The notes below the pieces were generated by a model. The model saw only the letters and a program-made list of their open reading frames with translations, was not told where the DNA came from and searched no databases. Both the position numbers and the translations under genes were made by a program. Of a DNA stretch of 61,380 nt, positions 47,579 through 56,300 are shown piece after piece. Origin of the DNA: a virus (Duplodnaviria; Caudoviricetes); the IMG/VR virus record IMGVR_UViG_3300000271_000007, positions 1-61,380 of that record. One strand, 5' to 3'. Each line of letters starts with the position of its first letter. Position 1 is the stretch's first letter.

Positions 47579-47823
47579 AGCCCAACCAAGGCATCGCCAC
47601 CGAGCACAACACGCCCGAGGTGTTCTGCGACGGCAAGCGGCGCCTGGACCGCGCCGCGCTGGATGCCCTGCTGTCGCGGCAGTGCCGGCGCACCAACGGC
47701 GCGCTGCGCCCCTACCGCTGCCCGGCCTGCAAGGGCTGGCACATCGGCTCGACCATGACCAGCCGCGACAAGCGCAAGCGGCCCGACCGCAAGGCCCTGG
47801 CGCTGCTGGAGTCCGACGAATGA
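47575..47823 (+). CDS. Hypothetical protein
   Basis: CDGKR...YRCPACKGWHI. Confidence 0.6.
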   Translation: MKPNQGIATEHNTPEVFCDGKRRLDRAALDALLSRQCRRTNGALRPYRCPACKGWHIGSTMTSRDKRKRPDRKALALLESDE

Positions 47824-48317
47824 AACGCAGCGCCCCGATGAAGCGCACGGCGTTCCGCGCCAAGTTGCCGCCGCCGCGCCCGGTGAAGACCATCGACTAC
47901 ACCCCGCGCCCGCGCGCGCCGGCGGCAGCTGTGCAGGCCGGCCAGCCCCGCGCTGTGCTGCCCGTGCCGAAGTTCGACTATGTGCGCGACACCAGACTGC
48001 GCGACGTGTGCCGCGCGCTCCCCTGCCAGCACTGCGGCGCCAGCGGCCCCGATGCAGGGGTCACGTGGGCGCACAGCAACCAGGGCATCCACGGCCACGC
48101 CCGAAGCATCAAGGCCAGCGACGTCTTCGTGGCGGCGCTGTGCTGGATCTGCCACCGCGAGCTCGACCAGGGCAAGCGGTGGGACCAAGCCACCAAGGTG
48201 GCCATCTGGACCGCTGCCCACCTGCGCACCGTCGCGCAGGCCGTGCTGCTGGGCCTCTGGCCGCGCGACATCCCCATTCCGACCCGACAACTGGAACCCG
48301 CCCATGAGTACGCCTGA
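47820..48317 (+). CDS. Nin-region nuclease-like protein
   Basis: LPCQHCG...AHSNQ...KASD...LCWICH. Confidence 0.7.
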   Translation: MKRSAPMKRTAFRAKLPPPRPVKTIDYTPRPRAPAAAVQAGQPRAVLPVPKFDYVRDTRLRDVCRALPCQHCGASGPDAGVTWAHSNQGIHGHARSIKASDVFVAALCWICHRELDQGKRWDQATKVAIWTAAHLRTVAQAVLLGLWPRDIPIPTRQLEPAHEYA

Positions 48318-48582
48318 CCTGTTCCTCGCCATCGACCTCGAACCCGCCGAGCCCGACAACATCCACGACCTGCCCGACGACTTCCTGTTCGGCATGGCCA
48401 ACTGCGCGCCGCTGCTGCTGCACGACACGGTGAACTCCGATCGCTGGGTGCGCACGTGGCGCGCGTTCAAGACCGCGGAGGAAGCCGCCGAGTACACCAA
48501 GACCCGGCCCACCGTCATCGTCGTGCCCATGCAGGCCGACACTGTGCCGCTGGCGCAGATGGATGGGATGCCGCAAGCATGA
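48304..48582 (+). CDS. Hypothetical protein
   Basis: Coupled to alpA. Confidence 0.5.
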   Translation: MSTPDLFLAIDLEPAEPDNIHDLPDDFLFGMANCAPLLLHDTVNSDRWVRTWRAFKTAEEAAEYTKTRPTVIVVPMQADTVPLAQMDGMPQA

Positions 48583-48779
48583 GCCGCGTCCTGCGACTGC
48601 CCGAGGTGCTGGAGCGCGTGCCGCTCAAGCGGGCCACGATCTACAAGCACATCCAGGCCAAGCTGTTCCCGGCGCCGATCAAGATGGGCGGCGCCAGCGG
48701 CTGGCCGGAAGACGAAATCGACGCCTACGTGGCCCGGCTCAAGTCTGCGCGTCCAGCCAATCCGCCCAGCGGGACATGA
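48579..48779 (+). CDS. alpA: AlpA-family excisionase/regulator
   Basis: LRLPEVLERVPLKRATIY...FPAPIKMG...W. Confidence 0.9.
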   Translation: MSRVLRLPEVLERVPLKRATIYKHIQAKLFPAPIKMGGASGWPEDEIDAYVARLKSARPANPPSGT

Positions 48780-49935
48780 GCGCCACCCGCTCGCTCCAGT
48801 ACTCGGCGCGGTTGTACGCGCGCTTCACGCGGTTGGGTTCCTCGTGCGCCAGCTGCTTCTCCAGCGGCGCGGCGGCCACGCCCAGGTGTTCCTCCAGGAT
48901 CGTGCGCGCCATCGCGCGGAAGCCGTGCGGGGAGTGCCTGCCCTTGAAGCCCAGCGACTCCAGCGCGCCGCTCAGTGCCGCCTCGCTCAGTGGCTTGCCG
49001 TGCCGCCAGCCGGGCCACAGCCACCCTTCAGTGCCCACCACGCCGGCGTGCGCGCGCAGCAGCGTCACCACCTGCGGCGCCAGCGGCACCCAATGCTCGC
49101 GCTCCAGCTTCATGCGCTCGGCCGGGATCACCCAGCGCCCTGCGTCCAAGTCGAACTCGGCCCACGTCGCCTCACGAATCTCGCTCGGCCGCTGCCACAG
49201 GTAGGCCGACACCAGCAGCGCCGTGCGCACCACGGGCTTGGAGTAGCCCCGGATGGCCCGCATCAGCGCCGGCACGTCCGCAGGGTTGGTGATGGCCGGG
49301 AAGTGGCCCCGCTCTGGCGCCAGAAAGCTCTTGAGGTGCCCCGTCGGCACCGGCGACGCCTGCACGCGCTCGGCATCCAGCGCCCACTCGTAGGCCTGCC
49401 GCAGCCACATGCGCACCCGGCGCAGCATCTCCAGCGACTCGCGCTTCTCCAGCGCGCGCAGGATCGCCAGCACGTCCTGGCGCGTCACCGCGGCCGGGTC
49501 CAGCGCCCCGATGGCCGGCAGCACGTCCTTCCGCATCGCGGCCTCGATGTTGCCCCGGTAGACGTCGCTGATGCGCTGCGTGGCCAGCCAATCGCTGATG
49601 AGCGAGCGCACCGTGTCCTGCCGGGCCGGCGCGGCGCGCGCGTTGCGGCGCTGCTCCACCGGGTCCGTGCCCTTGGCCACCTGCTCGCGCGCATGCGCGG
49701 CCAGTTCGCGTGCCGCCTTCAGGCTCACCGCAGGCCAGGCCCCCAGCGTCACGCTGCGGCGCTCGGCGCCCAGCCGGTACTGCAGCAGCCACGAGGCCCC
49801 GCCACCCGGGCGCACCACCAGCATCAGGTTGTCCCCGTCGCGCACCTTCACGCGCGTGTTCTTCGCGTCGGCCTCGGCGGCGGCGCGCTTCACAGCGGCC
49901 TCCAGCCCCTTGGCCGACAGCATCTCCTTCGGCAT
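48739..49935 (-). CDS. int: P4-type tyrosine integrase
   Basis: Arm-binding N-terminus; RPSE, HGFR, LAH, AYNR catalytic motifs. Confidence 0.95.
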   Translation of the reverse strand: MPKEMLSAKGLEAAVKRAAAEADAKNTRVKVRDGDNLMLVVRPGGGASWLLQYRLGAERRSVTLGAWPAVSLKAARELAAHAREQVAKGTDPVEQRRNARAAPARQDTVRSLISDWLATQRISDVYRGNIEAAMRKDVLPAIGALDPAAVTRQDVLAILRALEKRESLEMLRRVRMWLRQAYEWALDAERVQASPVPTGHLKSFLAPERGHFPAITNPADVPALMRAIRGYSKPVVRTALLVSAYLWQRPSEIREATWAEFDLDAGRWVIPAERMKLEREHWVPLAPQVVTLLRAHAGVVGTEGWLWPGWRHGKPLSEAALSGALESLGFKGRHSPHGFRAMARTILEEHLGVAAAPLEKQLAHEEPNRVKRAYNRAEYWSERVALMSRWADWLDAQT

Positions 49936-49960
49936 GCCTGTCGTCCTCCTGGCGCGGGAT

Positions 49961-50200
49961 CGTACCCCCAGGCTCGGCGCCGTACCCCTGCTGGAACCCC
50001 TGCCGCACGTAGAAAGCGGTGGACTACCGTGGACGGCTCTGGAAGAAAAAAGCCCCACTCACCGAGGTGCAGCGGGGCTCTTGTGGATGCCGGTGAACGG
50101 CTGTAGATGGTTCACTGGCGGAGTCGGAGGGATTCGAGAATCACGAATCCATGCGGCTTGCCGGGCGTCTTTCAGTTGCGTACCCCCGCTGGTGCCTCTG
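49961..50200. mobile_element. attP with tRNA-Ser-like 3' core and arm repeats
   Basis: 50116-50137 reverse complement is TCGAATCCCTCCGACTCCGCCA; CGTACCCC repeats at 49961, 49981 and 50179. Confidence 0.85.
50046..50080 (-). terminator. Intrinsic terminator downstream of the att core
   Basis: AGCCCC/GGGGCT stem followed by T6 on the minus strand. Confidence 0.6.
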
Positions 50201-50227
50201 GCGGGTTGCGACTGCGGAGTGGAAGCG

Positions 50228-50347
50228 TTACCGCTTCAGCCCCCACAGCAGCACGCCGAAGTGTCCCACAGCCACCAGCAGCCCCGGCCAGCCGAACGTG
50301 AGCACCACGGCCACGTAGCCGGCGACGATCAGTCCGGCGCCGATCAC
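50228..50347 (-). CDS. Small membrane protein (39 aa)
   Basis: GTGA overlap with giant gene stop; hydrophobic. Confidence 0.45.
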   Translation of the reverse strand: MIGAGLIVAGYVAVVLTFGWPGLLVAVGHFGVLLWGLKR

Positions 50348-53300
50348 TGCAACGCCTCGGCGGTCTGCGCGCGCAGCGGGCGCGGGGTGTTGGCCACGGT
50401 GCGCTCGGCCTTGCTCATGCGCATCTGGCGCAGCCGCTGGCGGATGGTCTGCGGCAGGATGATGATGCGTGCCTCGGGGTTGGAGTCGTTCCACCGTGCC
50501 AGCGCCTGCTGTGCGTTCCGCAGCGCGTCGTCGTCGCCGTCGAACCGGGCCTGCGCCATCGCGTCGGTCAGTTCTTCCTTCACCGCCTGGTAGAGCGAGC
50601 GCTGCTGGATCTGCCGGCCGATCTCGCGCTGCGCGCGGGCGACGTTCGAGGGCTGCAGGCCGATGCCCTTGAGCACTGCGTCCACCATGTCGGCCTCGGT
50701 GACGTTCCGGCCGCGGCGGTCGCGGTACAGGCCCGTCTCGTAGATGTCCAGGCCCTGCATCAAGTTGCGGATGGCCACCGGCAGGAACTGGCCCTGCGTG
50801 GCATCGCGCACCGCCGAGCCGGCCACGCCGAAGACTTCCAGCACCTGGTTCTGCTTGTTGGACTCGGAGGTCTTCAGCAGCCCGGTGCCCGGCAGCAGGT
50901 TCGCCATGCCCAGGCGCTGCGACACGTCAAACGGCACGCCGGGCATACCACTGAACCCGTGCTGCACCAGGTCGGAGAAGGTTTCCCCCAGCAGCGCGTC
51001 CAGCCACTTGTCGCGCTGCGCGTCGGTCGTCCAGTTGTAGCCCAGGCCCTGCGCCACGGTGTCGATCAGGTCGTCGGCGTCGTCGGCGAACGGCAGTCCC
51101 TTCATGCCCGACAGCATCACCAGCGTCAGCAGCGCCAGCGCGGCAGCCTTGCGGCCCTGCGCGCGCTCGGGTGAACCCGGCTCGCCGGCCGTGGCCAGCC
51201 GCTTCAGGAACTCCAGGTACTGGATCGTGAAGGTCTTGAAGGTGAACAAAGTGGCGCCCACGGCGCCACGACTCCACGAAGGCCTATTTCCTTTGTTAAA
51301 AACAGATTGCGTCTCGTCCACCGCGTTCTCGGCGAAGGCGAACGGGTCGGCCATGCCCTGCTGGCGCGCAGTCTCGTAGGCAGCGATGAAGGCCGTGCGG
51401 CGGTTGAACTGCTCGGCCAGTTGGAACATCGAGCCCCAGGCGGCCAGCAGCGAACGGGCGTAGAGGTTCGAGCCCAGGCTGCGGCTGGCCTCGGCCTGCA
51501 GTTGGAACACCTCCTGCGGCTTGATGACGCCATCCTTCTCGGCACGTGCCACGGCCTTGGCCAGCGCCGGGTCGGCGATCTTGTCGGCCAGCGCCGTCTT
51601 CATGGCACTCGACAGCCGCGCGCCGGCCTTGATGGCGCCGCCGTACTGGCTCAGGTAGGGCAGCGTCTGCACCAGGGTCTGCGTCAGGTTGACCATCGCG
51701 GAGGCGATGCTGCCGCCGATGTACTGCACGAACAGCAGCCCGCGCAGGGCCTGTGCTTCTTCCTTCGGGTTGTTGACGTACTCCACCAGCGCACGGGCTT
51801 CGTCCTTGACGTCACCCTGCTGCACGTTCTCCACGGCGTCGGCCATGCGGGCGGCGTGCAGCGCGCGCGACGCGGCGCGGGCGTTGCTGGTCACGAAGGC
51901 GGCCAGCACCCGGCCACCGTCCTCGTCGAAGCCCTCGATGCCCTTGCGGCGGATGTGGCGCTTCAGCGCGGACTGCTCGGCCACGGCGTTCTGCAGCCAC
52001 TTTTGCATGGCCTCGTTCTTCTCGACGCCCAGCATCTCGGCGAACAGCAGCGCCGTCTCGGGCGACACGCCTTGCAAGGCCTCGAAGTCCTTCTGCGGCA
52101 TGATGCTCTGCGTCACCTGGAGCCCGTCGCCGCGGAAGTTGCGCGCGGCCTTGTTGGCGGCGGCCTGGCTCTCGTACATGCCGAAGAACACCCGGCGGCC
52201 GTCGGCGTTCACCGCGTCCACGGCGTAGGGTCCGAAGCGCATCAGCGGCGCGTAGCCGGCGTCTTGCAGGTCGGCGATGCGCTGCGCCTTGTCGGCGATG
52301 CTGGTCTGGAGCTTGCGCAGTTCCTGGCGGCGGGCCATCAGGTCGGGCGTGTGCTGGTTTGGCTGGCCGTCCAGCGCCGTTTCCAGTTCGGCCAGCCGGT
52401 CCTTGATGGCGTTGCGCATCAGGGTGTAGGCCTGCCAGGGGTTCTCCGACGCAGCGGCGCGGCGCATGCCGGCCAGCAGCGCGTCCAGTTCCCCCGGCGT
52501 GGTCGCCAGCATCTCGGGTGGCAGCACGCTGGCCTGCCGGTACAGGTCGGCCGCCAGCATGTTCTCCAGGCTCTGGTCGATGGCCTGCCGGCTCTGGCGG
52601 TACATCTTCACCGCCCGGTCGCTCAGGCCACGCTCGCGCAGTTCGGCGTCGGTCCACACGATGCCGCCCAACTCGTCGCTGTCGGGCTCGACCTTCACGG
52701 CCTTGCCTTCCTCGTCGCGGGTGTAGCGCAGCGTGCCGTCGAACAGCGCGGCACTCGCGGCCTGGATGTCGGCCTTGCGCTGCTTGTAGGCGGCCGGGCT
52801 CGCCAGCGTCGGCGCCAGCCGGGCCAGGTCACCCAGGCTCTCGATCTGCGGCAGCATGTCGGGCGCCTTGTCCGCTGCCAGCGTGGCGATGCGGCTCACG
52901 TCCTTCATGAAGTCCTGCACGGCGTAGTAGACCCGGCCGAAGTCCTTGTTGATCTTGGCCTTGTGCAGCTGCGTGCCCACGGTGCGGTGCCACACGCGGT
53001 TGAACCCGCGCTGCGAGGTCGTGCGGTCGGTCATCCACTGCTGCACGCCCTCGGGGATGGTGTCGCGCAGGGCATTGGCGGTGCGGGCAAGCATGGGGCC
53101 GTCGGCGGCGGGTTCAGCGTCGGGCGCCGGGGCCGCTGCCGTTCCCTGCCCGGTGTTCACATGCACCCCACCCTGCAGCCCGCGCCCGGTCAGCGCAGCC
53201 ACGAAGTCCAGCACCATGTCGTCGGTCCAAGTCATCTCCAGGCCCAGGGCCTTGGCGAAGCCAGCCACCCAGCTGCGGATCGTCTCCATCAGCTTGCCCC

Positions 53301-56300
53301 AGCCTTTCAGGTCGCGCACGGTCCCGGCCTCGGCCATCACCGCCAGCGCTTCCTCGATGGCCTCATCTTGCCCGATTCCGTGGGCCTTCATCTGCGCAGC
53401 GGTGGCGGCACGCAGGTTCTGGTTCGTGCGCCACATCTCGCGCAGCACGGCCTTGGCCTCGGGGATGGTGCGCGCCAGCCCGCGGTGGAAAGCCTCGTGG
53501 AAGGCGATGCGGACGAACTCGTCGGCGCCGCGGATGTTGTCAGCCACCATCCAGATGCTGTCGCCCTGGCGGAAGTAGGCGCCGCGCACCTGCCCTGCCG
53601 GGTCCAGCGCCAGCACCTTGTCGCGCTGCCGGGCGGGCATGTCGGCCACGCTCTGCACCACGTTCAGCCGCACCATGCCGCGCTCGGCCATCTGCGCCGC
53701 CAGCGCGCGGGCGGAGTCGAGGTCCAGGGAGCCGGCGGCGGTGGAGCCGCGCTTGAGCATCGCCACGTTGCCAGTGTCGTCCTGACTGGCCGGGAAGTGC
53801 TTGTCCAGCACCTGCTTGGCGGCGTACTTCGCGGCCGGCGTCAGTTGGCGCTGCCACGCCTCGTTCTTCGGGCTCCACTTGAACGCTGCGGCCTTCAGGT
53901 CTTCGCGCACAGCATCGCTCGGCTTGCCGTCGAAGTACAGGCGCAGTCGGTCGTCGGTGGCGTCCTCCACCATCCGCACGCCGTTGTACTCCTGCTCCAC
54001 CGGCCCGGCCTGCGCCGCGGCCATGCGTTCCTCGGCGCTCTTGAGTCGTTCGCGCAGCCGCGCAATCTCTGCGTTGTTGTTGCTCAGGCGGTAGGCCGGG
54101 AAGCCAGTGCGGCCCGCGAAGTCGGGCTTCTTCAGTTCGGCGATCTGCTCGGCCGTGAAGCCCAGGTCTTCGAGTGCCGCATCGTCGCCCTTGCGCAGCG
54201 CCGCGTTGGCAGCCTTCATCTGCTCTTGCAGTTCCTCGCGCTGGGTGAGGTTCAGCCGCACGCGCTCCAGTTCGGACTCGGGGCTGTTGTCGATGGGGCC
54301 ACGGGCAGCGCGCAGCAGGCGCTTGATTCCACGCTCCAGGTACTCGCTCGCTTCTTCGGCCCGCTTGCGCGCCGTGGCGTTGCGCTTCTCCATGCGGCGC
54401 ACGGGGAAGTTGCTGCCGCCGGCGATCATGGTGGACACGATCTGGCTCTTGGCGCCCAGCGATGCGGCATACCGGGCGTTGTAGCCGGCCGCCACGTCCT
54501 CGAACACCTCGGTGATGCGGGCGATGGCCGCCTCGTCCTTGCCAGCAACGCGCGCGGCTCGGTCCCATGCGTCTCGCAGCGCCTCACGGTAGCCGGCAAC
54601 TTCCTGCTCGCCACGGCGCTCGGGGCTGAAAGACGTGCCTCGATGCGCGCTCTGCGCCAAAGACATGGACAGGCCGGGGATGCCGGGCATGGGGGCAATG
54701 CCCGTTGCCGGCGCAGCCTCTGCTGGCGCTGCTGCTTCCTCTGCTGCGGGCTGGGGGGTAGCGTCTTCGCCGGCCGCCTTGTAGTCGTCGGCCTTGTCCA
54801 CGTTCAGCGGCTCTTGCGTCTCGCCGGCCAGTTCAATCGGGCCAGCGTAGGGCTTCACCTTGGCGAGATCCACGCCAGCGCCGTCGTAGGTCAGCGTGAC
54901 GTGCGGCGTGTAGCTCTCGTAGTCCCACGATGCGCCGGCCTTGCGGTACTCGCGCCAGCGCGCCTGAAGCTCGGGGCTCTCCAGCTTCAGAACGACAGCG
55001 CCTTGATCGCCCAGCGGCTCAACGGAGCGCTTGCCGGACCGCACGGTCAGCGGGGCATCATCGGCAGGGACAAGAGCACCGTCCACCGGCTCGCGGCTGT
55101 AGGCCACGGTGACGTGCATGTCGGCAGCGGGCAGCGTGGTCTTGAAGCCTTGCGTCGCAGCCCAGGCGCGGATGGCTTCGGCGCTGGCCGGCGTCAGGGG
55201 GCGGCTGGCGTACAGGGGGGTAGGCTCTTGCTCGGCCGCAGGGGCTGGCGCTGCCTCGCGCTCGGCCACGGCTGCCGCCGGCGCACTGATACCCAGCCGC
55301 TCGTTCAGCGTCCCCGGCTTGTGGCTCTCGCTCGTGATGCCGCTGACGCCAAAGGCATCGAAGGCGCTGCGCGGGTCGGCCTTGTTCGCCTCGTCCTGCG
55401 CGCGGGGCTTCATGGCCTCGGCTTCTTCCTTCGTGTCGAAGGGGCCTGCCAGCCGGGCCACGCGGTCGCCGCGCACCATCGTGACGTAGAACTTGCGTTC
55501 GCCCTTGGCATCGGGGTCGCCTGCGGTCGCCACCACGGCGTCAGGCGCGGCGGGGCGCTCGACTTGCTCCTGCAGCGTGCGCTTGGCCGTCCCCTTCTCT
55601 GCCTGCAGCCGCTTGCGGCGGGCGGCCGGTTTCTCGGGGTTCGCCATACTGGTATTTGATACAGTAGGCGGGTCGTCATTGGTTGCATCCGATGACGACC
55701 CTAGCTCATCAACTCTTGTCGGAGAATTGACTTGCGTACTGTCCAGTGTACCTATTGCTCTGCCCCCGTCCTGCGGACCAACTCGGACGTCAACAGATAC
55801 CCGTCCGGGAATTCCTTCTGCAACACGGCTTGCCAATACGCTTGGCGCGGCAGAAATTCCGTCACCTTCACGTGCACCAACTGCGGCGTCACGGGCAAGC
55901 GGAAGCCCGCCCGCACCACCGGGCATCGCAACTTGTTCTGCGGCTACGCTTGCCGCGACACGTACAAACGTGTCGGAAGCATCAACAAGGACGGGTACCG
56001 ATCCTTCAAGCTCAACGGCCGCCAAGTTCTTGAGCACCGCCTCATAGTCGGCTCTGCCATCGGCTTTGATGCGATTGCCGGCAAGGACGTTCATCACCTC
56101 GACGGGAACAAGCTCAACAATGCGCTTGAAAATCTCGCGGTTCTTGACAAGTCTGCCCACGCCCGAGAGCACCAGACTCTTAGTTTCTGCATCGAGACTG
56201 CCAAGCAACTTGTTGCCAGCGGGTTGAGCGCGCGTGATGCGGCCAAGCAACTCGGCGTCAGCAGGGAGCTTGTTGCGAGTGCTTTTGCTCGATATGGCAT

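Noticed and set aside
50116-50137. tRNA gene
   Set aside because: Only the 3' 22 nt are present; this is the att core
2307-55659. Long plus-strand ORFs such as 2307..5408, 7847..11182, 21373..23613 and 51307..55659
   Set aside because: Antisense shadows of real high-GC genes with no recognisable motifs, unlike 55732..56346
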